A stretch of DNA of 63,163 nt, counting the filler, from Neolecta irregularis DAH-3 (lineage: Eukaryota): the NCBI GenBank assembly GCA_001929475.1. It is 8 parts of 8 records of this genome, joined end to end, with 100 filler letters (N's around TTAATTAATTAA, not from the genome) between each part and the next. Parts side by side here need not be neighbours in the genome. Positions count along the whole stretch, not along the records: positions 1 to 24,005 come from LXFE01002660.1; 7 more parts are not named here. The stretch is one strand, 5' to 3'. Every line of letters starts with the position of its first letter. The stretch's first letter is position 1. The notes under the pieces are model-generated. The model was not told the origin of the DNA. It was given only the letters and a program-made list of their open reading frames with translations, and made no database searches. This document shows, in pieces, positions 1 to 12,950 of the stretch. The translations under genes and the position numbers were made by a program.

Positions 1-595
1 CCGCCTCATCTGTCCCGCGCGTCCCTCCTGCCTCGTCCACCAGCCTGCAGCTTGCCGCATCCCGTTTGCCTCGCCATCTTGGCCTCCAAAGCAGACTACA
101 ACCGCCCGCCCCTGCCCCCGAGCTGGACCCGCGACTCCTCCCCCTACGGCGCCTCCGCCCGCGAGTCCAGTTCCATCAAGGTCCGCAGCCTCAACACCGT
201 CCAGGACCACGCCACCCTGCGCTACAGCAACCGCCACGACCCGCTCCCCCAGACCAGAGGATATAGAAAAGACTGGTCCAGCCGAGTTCAGACCAGTTTT
301 TTCTTAAATGAAATATGCTGACAAATTTCTATAAAAATAACGTGATTTGCCGACTCATCGAACACAACGAGATATTCATATTGGCCAAACTTCCGCGATG
401 CAGTTATATTTAGATGAAAATAGTGGCTACAGACGCACACTTGCCAGATCTGTATTGTTTTCTCGCGTTTCTAAGCCGTATATGAGAAACTGAAGTTGGA
501 ATAGTTGTTTCGCCGAACGCGACATTATTATGGAATATGGAATATTACGTCAAAACGTCATATTTGGGTCAAAATAGTGGCTGGCGAACGCACCC
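1..595. repeat. Dispersed repeat / end of a non-autonomous element (C-rich tract plus AT-rich block)
   Basis: 291-417 is nearly identical to 23879-24005, and both follow C-rich tracts. AAAATAGTGGCT occurs twice (417, 571). Ends in GCGAACGCACCC (595), resembling the MITE TIR end at 47258. Confidence 0.6.
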
Positions 596-733
596 AAGTC
601 TATTATTTGTGTAGCCATTTGTTTTGAATTTTGACTTTCACCCTCCTCACCCCCCCTCTCGGTCGGAACAAGTTGTTTATTAAACCCGTGTTGTCTCTCA
701 CATCCAACCTTCTTAATAACCTAATTCTTGCAA

Positions 734-1289
734 ATGGCTAAAACAATTGCTGGTGTTAGAAAGACAGCTACAATGAGTGCAATCTCTCAGAAGAGGAAAA
801 GTCTCGGATCTTCGAATCCTGGTCGTCGCAAATCTGGTCCGTCTGCAAGAAGGACATCCAATGTGCAACGTATCTATTTCTTACAATTGTCGATGTCTCA
901 ACTGCCTAGCTGGTGACCCAGTCCCTCGTGGGAAAACACGTAGATATCGACCCGGTACGGTTGCTCTGAAGGAAATTCGACGATATCAAAAAAGCACAGA
1001 TTTACTTATTCGGAAACTCCCCTTTTCTCGTTTAGTGATGCCCTTTTACTTTCTCAAAGTTGACTGAAAGGTCCGAGAAATTTCTTATGATTTTGTTCAA
1101 GGATTTACTGATACCGTGGGAGGTTTAAGGTGGCAGTCAATGGCACTACAGGCTTTACAGGAGGCTTCAGAAGCCTATCTTGTTCATCTATTTGAAGATA
1201 CCAATCTTTGCGCTATTCACGCCAAGCGAGTGACGATAATGCAGAAAGATATGCAATTAGCTCGGCGAATTAGAGGTCTTGGTGCTTAG
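734..1289 (+). CDS. CSE4: Centromeric histone H3 variant CENP-A (Cse4/Cnp1)
   Basis: Introns 870-909 and 1035-1070. Histone fold [35 protein letters not shown]...LRWQS...[20 protein letters not shown] with a divergent N-tail, extended loop 1 and W in place of H3 F84. Confidence 0.93.
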
Positions 1290-1427
1290 TATCCTCGCTC
1301 ACCGTGACCGAATCAATGTGTATGAGTGATACGTTGGGTTGGCGCTTTTGTACGTAATTGTGACTTTCTGGTTAATGCCCGAATGCTATCAATTTATGCT
1401 TCCATAACGCCAATAGTTGCAACAAAA

Positions 1428-3473
1428 TCACCTGTTCATATCTTCAAGCAATTCTCCACCTCTCAATAATTCGTCTACCTTTGCTTGATAATTTTCAGTA
1501 TTCAAGTGTTGAATGGCAGCCTTTTCAAGATTATTTTTTCGTTTATACATTTCTGATATTAGTTTAACATTAATATGCACTATACCCGCTGTCACACCAC
1601 CTCCAATAACAGCCCAGACATCATCATTGGCCTTTGTCGCTTCCGTATAGAGCATTTTCCCCATAGAATCAATCTTGTCAGTTGGAATGGTCTGTACAAA
1701 GCGAGCGGTTAGAAGGCCCAGGCTTATCACACGCATCTGTGATAAAGAATGCTCAACGCTGAAGGAGAAAACAGCCCCAATGGCATTCTTAGCAGAATTC
1801 GGCTCCTGTATCATTGAACCTTTGATGAGAGAATATGCGGCCCGTATTTGAAGATAAGATGAGGAGAGACAGGGTTCTTTAAGTTCTTGGAGAAATTGTT
1901 CAGCTCGTTTAGGATCTTGATCGGGGTGACGAAGAATCATACACATATTCAAGGCGGCTATAAGTCCCATGGGAGAGGTGAGATGTATCTGATTATAGAT
2001 TCGCATAGCTTGATGAATCTTCCCATGGATGTGGTTATAAATGCCATAGAGCAACTGGAGAATTTCAGTGTACCTCCTATCTTCCGAAAGATCTTGATGA
2101 GAGGAAAGACGGGTTATCCTTTCAAGAATATGGCGATTAGATATCAGATAATGTAGTGATGCTATACCTGGCTGCTCTCTGACCACTCAGACTTGGAGAG
2201 TAGAATTAGGGCGTGATATAAAAGCATATATCCTTGCACTTTAATGAGATGAGTCCTGGATTCCAGATCAAAATATTTGCGTTGGCCTTCACGCAAGATA
2301 ACTTAATCAGTACATGACTATAAGAGGTCTCCTACGAAGATCTATCCGATTGATAGCTTCCCTCGAATACCATAACGTGCTGTTTTGAGTATAGTCTGTA
2401 AAGGTGCAAAGACTACAGACAAAATAGGCCAAACCGTATAATTCGTCGGAAGACATCCAAGAAAAAAGAAGCGGCGATGATTCTCTTGCTGAAAGGTTAA
2501 TCTGTCTTTAGCAGAGAGGTAAGCATAGACATACTGTAACTGATATGTTCTTCCAGCTGGAATCAAAATTTCTGGTATCTTTCAAAATCGTTTGCAGCTT
2601 TATCATCGAATACTTCGATTCTTTACCCCGCCCCGTCATAGCAAGGCACAATATTTCCAGTAACGCAATACAAGCGCTAAGAGAGGGATTTAGGTCAAAC
2701 ATTTGAGCTGACGCGAATTCGTGGGACTTCTTGATTGCCTGAGCTGCTTTCTCGTACTTGAAGATATCTGATTTGAGATGATGAAAAGCTTCCAGGACAT
2801 AAGTGAAAACAGTTACCTCGGAGTCATTCTGTTTCTCCGCTACAATTCTTATCTGTTTGAGCAAAGGAAGTACCGCTGTCGTATCGTGACACAATGTATG
2901 CAAGTGAAGCTTCTGAAATAGGAACGTATACATCCAAAGAGAGTTTCCAGCTCTGACAATTAGAAAGTTCAAGTAATTCACCCTACTCTTGTGAATCAGA
3001 GAAGCATTTGTTCAAACGGGTAATTGCAGATTTCGGCAACGAGAAAGAGAGGACCTGGATCAGAAGATGTTCAATGGCCCAATGAAGATCGGATAAATGG
3101 GGAAATTTCTGTGCAACGAGTAACTGAGAATCAAAAAATTTAATACCCCTAGGGCTAGACTACCCCTTTGCCTAAAACTTGTTCAGCTTCTCGCAAATTT
3201 CGCGTTTCAGACAGAAAGATTTCTCCGAGTCGCAGACGGGTTTTCAGCTGAACAATTGGGTGTAATTTCTGGATCTCTTTGGTCACCACTGGATAATAAT
3301 AAATCAAACACCCTCAACAGGACCATTAAGCATCTGATAGATGCAGCAATCATTTGATCGTACTCTTCCTGGAGCAGAGTTGACCATGTTGAGCACAGTT
3401 GTAAATCATGTGCTGTTGACAGGTACAACTCAGCTAGATGCCAAAGCAAAAGGTGCGCATTCTCAGATGGCAT
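1428..3473 (-). CDS. MAU2: Cohesin loader subunit Mau2/Scc4 (Ssl3), multi-exon TPR-like protein
   Basis: N-terminus LLWHLAELYLSTAH...YDQMIAASIRCL resembles fungal cohesin loading factors; successive helical ORFs are separated by short introns. Start approximate. Confidence 0.7.
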
Positions 3474-3659
3474 GAAAGAACGGAAATCTGAGACAAGTTA
3501 TGGGCAAGATTGTGGGACACGGATTCAAGGATATTGAAGTTCCCGAGGTCACCTGAGCCATCACTAGCCTTAAGCCCAATGAAAATAATTCGCAGAACTA
3601 CAACAGCACTACTGGTGGTTTGTGCAATATAGATATAGATATATATGCTCTTGCAACTA

Positions 3660-4260
3660 CAATATACTAGCTGGTTCGTGATGGACCCAGGTTCGGCAAT
3701 ATAGATCTCGAATGAGCGGTGAACCCTAAGTGAGGCACCGGTATCCCACACATCCCGAGCTACCAACACTTACATAGATTGGATAATTTTCTAATATGAC
3801 GGTTGCCTTTGATAAGTAACTATATAGATTATTATGCAATTAAAGCCTGGTCTGAATAGCAGACCGGGCAGTATTTACATAACAATCTCACATTCCTTCC
3901 TCTTTCTGCCACTATTGGTTTTATCTTCGCCGGAATTACCTACATGGCCCAAAAACACTCCGGTCTGGACATTGGTTGCTTCTTGCAAACGCCATCTAAC
4001 CTGGTTGGTAGTGGTTGTGCGCGCTCATTGAGGGCACTGCAGGTTTGTTTCAGCACTGCTAAGTGAGCAAAAATTGCTCCATCGGAGGCTCGAACTCCGG
4101 ACCTCGACGTTTCAAGGGTATGTACGGATGTGTCCGTCCATATAAGCATCGCGCATTAACCAACTATGCTAATGGAGCTGAGTTTAGTAGAACCAATAAA
4201 CATAGGTTATATATTACGTGTCGACTCTTTAGTGTGAAACCTGCCTTACGAAATTTAATT
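3660..4260 (+). ncRNA. Candidate structured ncRNA (possible telomerase RNA)
   Basis: Long stems with G-U pairs on the + strand: 3845-3854/3860-3869 and 3908-3920/4003-4015, plus 3711-3718/4022-4029. AACCCTAA at 3722-3729; TATA-like run 3627-3646; no credible ORF. Confidence 0.4.
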
Positions 4261-4630
4261 GACAAAAGATTCCGCTAATGGTCACCATTACAGTAACTCT
4301 GGTGGGAAAGTAAACTGAACCAACAAATAAATTCCATAAAACCTTGACATGACCTAGCTGCACAATCACGGATGTGAACACAAAAGAAATGGCAATGTAC
4401 ACCACGTGAAAATGAGAGCATCGACACCATACAGACAGACCGAATGAACCTAGACACAGAACCCGAGAAAATTTTCCCAAAATTTACACAAAAAGCCAAA
4501 AGAAATGCCACCATGCAAATTAAGAAGGAACAAAAATATCCAAGAAATGCTTAAACGGGCTATAGAAGGTTCTTCTGCACTTGACCCCGGCACGTGAACA
4601 AGAAAGGTACAGAAACAGAGATGAATATAC

Positions 4631-5507
4631 TCAAGCGATATTGAGGATCTGCTTCAACTGGACTTGCAACTGGATGGTTTCAATATTGGATGTTGGAATT
4701 GGAACATGCTTAATGACAGGAGGCCTAAAGGCAGCGAGAGTATCGTACAGGTATTTGGCAGAGGCGGTGGGAGGCTTCGTCAAGGTTCGTTCTCTATGGC
4801 GGTGGGGCTGCTCGCACAAAATAGCGAGGAGAGCCTTCGAGCGGGATTCCAGCTCGAGAGACTTGTTAGTGAGAAGATTCTCCTCTCTTGGGATAGAACG
4901 AGGATGTCTTTTGCGAGTAGGGGTTTCGTCGACGAGATCCATCGAGAAAGTGAGATCCGCAGATTCTGCGTGTGATAAGCATGGATAATCAGAGTGAGCC
5001 ATACCGGAACTTGAACTATGAGAAGACCTCTCTGACAAGGTTCGAGAGGGTGGTCTGGCAATGAAGAACCGCGGATGTGAGGATTTGAACGTGTCAAAGG
5101 CAGCAGGTTGGCGAATGCGCAGACCCAGAGGAGACTCTCTTAAATTGGACAACGAGGCGGGAATTTGAATATCCGGTTTGTCATGCAGACATGACTTTTG
5201 CGGGACAGACCTCGAAAAGTTTGGCGGAGGTAGGGTGCAGGGAGCGGGTGACGACTGGAACACAGCACCAGCATACTTCTATCGCGATGAGATCAAACAC
5301 ACGAATGAGACGAACCTTCTTTTGCACTGCTACGGGAGTGGAAAAAACATCCGGATCCCTTTTTTTTCTTCGCTGATGGTGAGGGCTGTGAATGAATATG
5401 GCCGGATTTGGACTTGATTTTGTACGCAAGTGTCCCGGAGAAGGCGACTGGCCCTGGGTTTCAGCAGAACGAGGACGCTTTGTGAGAGAGGATGGGTGTT
5501 TCTTCAT
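4631..5507 (-). CDS. Edc1/PNRC-family mRNA decapping activator
   Basis: Removing intron 5315-5279 gives KKKYAGAVFQSSPAPCTLPPPNF (YAGxxF decapping-activator motif plus LPxP). C-terminal leucine helix LKQILNIA. Confidence 0.75.
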
Positions 5508-5963
5508 GGGGGCAAGGGGTTTGGACACCAGGACAGGATAAAGGTAATGGGAGATAAGATGGCGGTGAGGTGGAGGTGAGGTGGAGGTTTTGTACAGAAG
5601 CCAGCCTGCAGCAGGATGGCCAATTTCGGCCGCATCGCCCCGCGCCACTTCTTGCCAAGGAAGTCGCCTGGCATTCTTGTTATAATCCAACACGCATATA
5701 TAAATAGTTCCACACACAGTTGAAAATGGCAGCCATGCGGGTCAGCGCCTCTGGCTATGTTTCATAGAGAGGGAACGGTATTCAGCCGCGCAGGGCTATT
5801 TGTCTTTTTATTTGCCATAGTGGCATCTTGATAAATATCACGGCGAATCAAGAATTACGGATCACTCAAAGCTTGGTGCATAGCGAAGTCGAAAAGAGCT
5901 GTTGCCGCGTATTGTCAGTTCATCCCCTAACCTCAAATCTACCCGACCACATATTCTTGCCAC

Positions 5964-6388
<425 letters not shown>

Positions 6389-6479
6389 GCCTTTGTCTCC
6401 CAAGGTTGATATTGTATCTTCTTTTGTTCAGGAGTTCGTTTCGCAATTCGAGATGATACAAATTGTGTCCTAAATTAAC

Positions 6480-7552
6480 TCATATTGTGAATCGACTCCA
6501 GAAACTTCCTAATACTCGAATATCGACACAAAGCAGTTCCATATCCCTTAAATTTTCTTCTGATAATTCTCCTTCAAGTTCTGCAAAATACACATAATGC
6601 CAATCCTTTTTGAGCGATGGTCGAATAATCACAGAAAGCACTCGAAACTGTGTCAGGATCAACAAACATTTACTGACGGCCATTTGTTTCATGGGATTAG
6701 GCGTAAATCGCAAAATCGTCTTACGAAGGAAATTCTTTTGCTGAGGAAGATTCATCAATGTAATAGCTTCTTCCGTTTCGTAATTGGGGGATTTTGAGAT
6801 CACAAAGAAGCGTGTTGTGTTGTCTTGAAATAAGCAAAGAATTGTGAAAAAATCCACCATCCGAGTCTTGAATACGCATTGCAAGTACTCGCAAATTGTA
6901 TATATCTGCACATATCATGCTTGATATTGAAGCTCCTTCTGGGTCGAGTTCGGCCGCTTGCGCAGCCTGACTCGTTGAATTTGTATTGATACGATTAACG
7001 CCCGGCAGATATTTGGACAACCATAATTCGCATTGACCAAATGCCTTCCCATTAGTGTAATATACCCATATGCTTGCCTGGGGATGGCTATAGAGTCTCT
7101 TGACTTTTCCAGTATCGGAAGTTCCAAGAAGGCAATGTGAAACCCGAAGATACGTTTCGTTCCAAATATACAATTCGTCCTGGTCTCGAAAAAGATCAAG
7201 GGTGATCGCTACAGACCCATTTGTCGAATTCTCCACCGGGGCTAGCCCAAACGTTGCATCTTTATGCTTGACGGAATCGAATATATCAGCGATTGTGTTC
7301 ACGGCAAGATGCTGAGCACTGCTCTGAAAACATTCAATAGCAGCCTAGAGTCAACAGGCTGCATTGCCATTGCTATACCTGATGGGTGTATGTGCCTCTC
7401 GGCCCAAGGTAAGCGACCGATACTTTCTGTTGCGGCGTATCTGAAGAAAAATGCAGGGAGTCCAAGGTATGTGAGGATGAAGCCCGAGATTTCAGGATAT
7501 CAAATGACTGCCGCTGAATGGTAGTAAGGGGGTTTCCTTCGGAAGACTTCAT
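6480..7552 (-). CDS. PHA2: Prephenate dehydratase
   Basis: VAYLGPRGTYTHQ, APVENSTNGSV, SHPQ|AFGQC (GC-AG intron 7077-7045), DNTTRF, ACT-like C-terminus. Start uncertain. Confidence 0.92.
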
Positions 7553-8281
7553 TCTGAATAAGTGAAATGCAGAGCTTGAGTCCACAAACGTCTTGAGCTA
7601 GCTTGGTGCTTGGGTTTCTGACATGCGAGACGACAGCCTGCCTATGGGGATTAGCGTGCTCTTACAACAAATTTTCCTCTGAATGACAGCAGGTACTGAC
7701 CATGAGGTGTCTTCGTGGAATGATGTGGCCGCCGAGTGGATGTCTTCCATTCTAGGTCTAAATCATTCGTGCAACACGACCGGAAGAAGGGGATTGGCAG
7801 AGAACAGTGCCTATCAATGTGTGTACTCTATATATATGCAAACAAATGCAGTATACTCCAGAGTCATGCGACTATCTTTGAACTAAATAAGGATTCTGAG
7901 CTGGGCGGGCAATCCCGGCGGAGAATAAGTGCGGTCTTGTTTTCACCCCAGAATGTGGCACACAGGCGACTCAGAGTGAGAGCATGCATTTAGCCTGTAA
8001 GAAAATCACATCTGCATCAGGCCCAGTCATATTTGCAGGAGACAGGCAGAGTGATCTCTGTTTTGCATTTTGTATCATGAAACCCTAATCCTAAACCCTC
8101 CATCAAGGAGCCTAAAGAGCCGCGAATGTACACCATGCCTGTAATACATAGTCCGCTGTAAATAATATTCGTTCCTGCACAGCTTCTACAGACGCTGTAT
8201 CTGAGGCGAAAGCAAGTTTTTTATCCTTAAGCGGCCACCATACAATACACCTCCCCATACCAATGCCATACACTGTCCAAG

Positions 8282-9920
8282 ATGCCTTCAGAACGCCGAG
8301 CCCGCGCCTCTTCAGTCTCCTCAGCCCTCTCTGCGGATCTCAAGTCTCCCCGTTCCAAGCAGCTTCGTCGAGCTCCCGACACCGCCCAGGCAGCTCAGAG
8401 TGAAGACGATCTTGGCTCGCAGCTCCACTCAGACGAGCACGCATCCCAGGCAGCAGCAGAAGATGTCTGTTTTCCGATGGATGAAGACCACAAAAGTACC
8501 GGGCCTATCGATTTTCAGGAGATGCAAGACTTTGTCGTCCAGCAGAAACTGCGACAGGGCAGTATTTCATCCAGCACAAGATCTCGTAAATACAGTGTCA
8601 TATCGACAGCACGTGGCCCTTACCTTGAGCATGTTTCCTCTCGTCCACAGGAACCAGCCGTTACGGATGATGATGATGAAGATGATGATGACAGCAGCCT
8701 TGGCGAAAAGTCAAAGCTCCCAAGGACTTTCTCTGGTCGAGATCGAGCTTCCGTCAGGCCACCGGACAAATTCAGTTTCTTCTGCTCTCAGATGGACGGA
8801 ACCATCCATGCAACTGAGTTTGGTGATCTTCTCCAAGACGACCAGACATTTAACCAGCTTTTTGATGCGGGGCAAGGTGTATGGTGGCTTGATGTCCTTG
8901 ATCCAAGCGATATCGAGATGAAGATGATCGCAAAGGTTATTATATCAAGTTCTCTGACTGATATTGCCAGGCTTTTTCCATCCATCCTTTGACTGCTGAA
9001 GATATCAGAGTTCAAGAGCAACGCGAGAAGGTGGAGCTTTTTGATCGCTATTATTTCGTCTGTTTCCGGTCATTCCAGCCTGATTCCAGACACCAAGACT
9101 TCCTGGAACCAGTCAATAAGTATATGGTTGTTTTCCGCGAGGGCCTCATCTCCTTTCACTTTACTCCAAACCCTCATTCAGCGAGCGTTCGGCGCCGTGT
9201 GAGGCAACTCCGCGATTACGTCGACATTTCAAGCGACTGGATTTGCTACGCTCTCATCGATGATATTGTCGATTCCTTCGGTCCGTTGATCCATAATATT
9301 GAAGGAGAAACAGATGCCATCGAAGATGCCGTACTAATTGCGAGAACTGACGAATCTCGAGAAATGTTACGACACATTGGAGAATGTCGCAAGAAGGTTA
9401 TGAGACTTCTACGATTGCTTGGTGGGAAGGCAGATGTCATTAAGATGTTTGCCAAGAGATGCAACGAGCACTGGGATGTCGCACCCAAAGGTGAAATCGG
9501 TCTCTATCTTGGAGATATTCAAGGTATCAAAATCAAAAATCATCTTTGCTCACTCTTTTAGACCATATCATTACGATGACATCAACCCTAAAGGAATTTG
9601 AACAGATTCTGTCGCGAAGTCATTCAAACTACTTGGCTCAGCTCTCCGTCGATGCTGTTCAAGGGAATAATCGTATTAATTATGTCTTGAGTAAGATCAC
9701 GGTAATCGGTATATCTATATTTCAACATCCCACATTTCCTAATCGTATTTTAGGTACAATTCTGGTACCAATGAATTTGATTACTGGTTTATTTGGAATG
9801 AATGTACATGTCCCGGGACAAGGCAAAGAGACATATACTTGGTTTTTTGGTGTCGCTGGTTCGATAGTACTGTTTTGGATTATTGCAATGTTTTTTGCAA
9901 GACGCTGGCGAATCATCTAA
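8282..9920 (+). CDS. ALR1: CorA-family Mg2+ transporter (Alr1/Alr2-like)
   Basis: WWLDV...IHPLTAEDI..QEQREKVELF, DWICYALIDDI, and GLFGMNVHVPG signature; several short introns. Confidence 0.88.
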
Positions 9921-10300
9921 GTATCCCTATATTTGGTTTATCCCAACCATTTCTTGTGATTGAGATAGAAGGGTTTTTTTGCTAAGCAGTAACAAAGGAA
10001 GAAGTTGTAGTGTTTTCGACGAAACGCCAAATCATCATAGTATACCTATATTTGATTCATACCAACAATTCCTTCTTGATTGAGATAGTAATAAATTTTT
10101 TCCTTTTAAAGTTCGATAGCAATAGAAGAATTAGTCAGATATCCTCATTAAGGGATAGTGCAATTAGGAAAAGGAAGGGAGGTCGGCTTCCAACCCAAAC
10201 TCCAACTTCGTCTCACTTGACCTGTTTACCCCTTAAGTACTCTGCCTGTTCCGCTATTCTGATTGTTAACTCCTATAGATCTTCGTTTGTTTCCGCCACT

Positions 10301-11881
10301 ATGGTCGGGTCATCTTTTTTCTCTTCCATCTCAAATTATATCAATGGTCTGTCGACAGAAAACCGTCACGCCCTGGCCTCGCCTAGCTTTCCCCGTCATT
10401 CTTCTTTCACAGACCCTCCCCGACGGCCCTCCCCCTTGAAGCCCCTCGCGAATTATTACAACCAGGATCCACTGGCCTCACCTTATTCAGGTTATCATGG
10501 AGACTCTCCGTTAACCCAGTCGAACTCAGCTCTTGCTCCTGCAGGTCGTGCACCCTCGCCCCGCCCAGCCAGTGGTCACTCATCTGGCGGTAACTACTAT
10601 TCGCCTGGCATGCGCTCTGCTCAGGCTGCTGTTGCCGCGACCAGCGGTATCCCTCTGCAAGAGTTTGCCGCAGACGGTTCTGTTCCTCCGGCCCCAGTTG
10701 TGGATTCCTGGAGACGGATAGATAGGTGGGCGGAAGAAAATTACCCAGAACTCTGGGACCAATTATCATATCCTGCAACACAAGCCGATGTCGACGACTT
10801 AGAACGTGAATTAGATTGTACTCTTCCACGAGATGTCCGAGAATCATTTCTAGTGCATGATGGTCAAGAACGCGGCGGCGGACCGACAGGTATCTTTTTT
10901 GGAATACCTTTATTGGATTGCGAAGAGGTCATTGAAGAATGGAATATATGGAAGTTCGTTGCAGCTGAGGAAGCGAAATCTCTTAAGCGAGGAAAAAGGC
11001 AATCGATAATCGGCGACCAATCACAACAAAGGCAAAGTTCAGTTCCTGAAGCGGCTGTTCGTCGAGTATATGCTCATCCTGCATGGATCCCTCTTGGCAA
11101 AGATTACACTGGTAACAATCTCGCCATTGATCTCGCTCCTGGACCAAACGGGCGATGGGGTCAGGTTATCTTGTTTGGCCGTGATCAGGACGTAAAATAT
11201 GTCGTGGCAAAGTCATGGGCTTCTTTGCTAGCCAGTGTTGCGAATGATCTGGAATCTGGACACTGGTGTATTGACGATGTATCCGGAGAGTTGCGCCTGA
11301 TAGACAATCATGTTCGCGCAGAAGATGATGGTTTCTTCGAAATAATGAAAGCTCGAGTTCGTCTTCGAGAATCTCGTAAAAAGATGATGTCGCCTACGAG
11401 CTTTGCGCTTCCTCGTTCGAGTACCGAAGACATCCCTTCTGCCTCGCCACTCACCAGCCCCTCGATTGCTTCTCGGTTTATAGTCGATACTATTGCGTGC
11501 TCTTCGGATCAGATCATCGACGCGAAGCTTATCTCCCCTCTAACCGCTTCTCCGTCGCCTTCAGTTGGTGCAACTTCTACCCTACTCAGCGTCATTGAGG
11601 AAACCGAACCTGAAGTTGTAGATGTTCCGGACCCCCCAGTTGAATTAGTGCTCAAGAAGATTACAATGGAAGTTCCTACCATCTCAATAGAAAGTGAAGA
11701 GGATGCCCTCAAAGAAGTTTGCAAGTTGGAAGTTTTAGAACTTCAAGCTGCGTCTTTTATCGATGTAGATCAGGTTGAGCCAGGAACAGATGAGAACCAT
11801 TCAAAAATTCCAATCGAGAAGAGCTCAAAAGTCGACGAAATAATATCCGAAAACATTGAATCGACTGATATCAAGCCTTGA
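10301..11881 (+). CDS. SMI1: Cell wall assembly regulator Smi1/Knr4
   Basis: WRRIDRWAEENYPEL, LPRDVRESFLVHDGQE, YAHPAWIPL..D..GNNLAIDLAPGP.G.WGQVILFGRD; acidic disordered tail. Confidence 0.93.
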   Translation: MVGSSFFSSISNYINGLSTENRHALASPSFPRHSSFTDPPRRPSPLKPLANYYNQDPLASPYSGYHGDSPLTQSNSALAPAGRAPSPRPASGHSSGGNYYSPGMRSAQAAVAATSGIPLQEFAADGSVPPAPVVDSWRRIDRWAEENYPELWDQLSYPATQADVDDLERELDCTLPRDVRESFLVHDGQERGGGPTGIFFGIPLLDCEEVIEEWNIWKFVAAEEAKSLKRGKRQSIIGDQSQQRQSSVPEAAVRRVYAHPAWIPLGKDYTGNNLAIDLAPGPNGRWGQVILFGRDQDVKYVVAKSWASLLASVANDLESGHWCIDDVSGELRLIDNHVRAEDDGFFEIMKARVRLRESRKKMMSPTSFALPRSSTEDIPSASPLTSPSIASRFIVDTIACSSDQIIDAKLISPLTASPSPSVGATSTLLSVIEETEPEVVDVPDPPVELVLKKITMEVPTISIESEEDALKEVCKLEVLELQAASFIDVDQVEPGTDENHSKIPIEKSSKVDEIISENIESTDIKP

Positions 11882-12146
11882 GATTTACTTGATAGAAGAA
11901 TAATTATGTTCAATGCATGTTATGGGACAATTAATGATTCGACGTTTCTTTGTGGGGTGTTTTTTCTCTGTCCTGGGGTTTCATTGCTAGTTTAGGCTGG
12001 GTTCTCTTGCTTTCTCTAGAAGATAATAAACACTCCTTATTATAACTCGACTGCTATGAGAAGATGTTACAACAAACCAGTAGAGAAGCCCCAAGTTGAG
12101 ATTGAAAGAATACAACTAACTACACACAGATTTTGAAAATAACCTC

Positions 12147-12950
12147 TCAAGGTCCAAACATGCCAGCAAATGAAACGAAGTGATCAAAAGATAGTTTTTC
12201 CCTGCGTAACACCAAAATTTGTGTACAGATATGCTTGAGAATATTTCAAGGCTACCAGCCTGCTCTTTCATCAACAATATGAACTGTGTTCTGTGCGTGT
12301 GAATGGGTTGTTATTTCTGTGTCACCCACATTCGAAAAATCTGGATTGGGTAATGCTGATTGGTGCTCGTTAGGAGATTGTGCTGCAGCACCAGGCGAAT
12401 TATTCTCTTGAATTGAACGAGAGGAACGATTGTCACTTGGCTGTTTTGATCGTTTTTGTCGTGAAGCACTCTGAGAAGGATAAGTAACGATATTACAAGA
12501 CCCATATACCTCTTTGATGAGCAATTCAAATAAACGTTGTACAAACTACATTAATCAGCTCTGAGTAGAGTAAAAACATACTCTATCGTTTGGGTTTAAC
12601 TCGCTGCAAAAGCGCTCGTATGAGTAATTGCTTTGTAGACTCTCGCGGTTGAGATTGTTAATGCTCTGCTTCGAAAGTAGCCGTATTTTCTGATATAGCA
12701 TATCGTCCTCATGGGCAGCTTCCTCTGATCGCACAAGAAGTCCCATATTGAGTGAATGAATTTCGGTGCGAACGGCTAAGAGGATTATACTGTAAAGGGA
12801 TGGTGGTTGGTGCTGTTTGTTCATAAGACTATCAAAACATTCCATCCAGACGCCAGAAGAGAAGTTCGCAATCTTAAAGATTACCCTCTCGCATCTCAAT
12901 ATTTATTACCTTCTGTTCATTCTACAATATTAACCTTCCTTTCCATAATC
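12147..12950 (-). CDS. Hypothetical multi-exon protein
   Basis: ORF pieces join in frame via short GT-AG introns (...NPNDR|FVQRLFELLIKE|SASRQ...RAG|WEKLSFDHFVSFAGMFGP*). No family recognised; 5' end unresolved. Confidence 0.45.

Noticed and set aside
8080-8100. AAACCCTAATCCTAAACCCT telomere-like motif
   Set aside because: Short degenerate promoter telo-box-like site with no array or surrounding structure.
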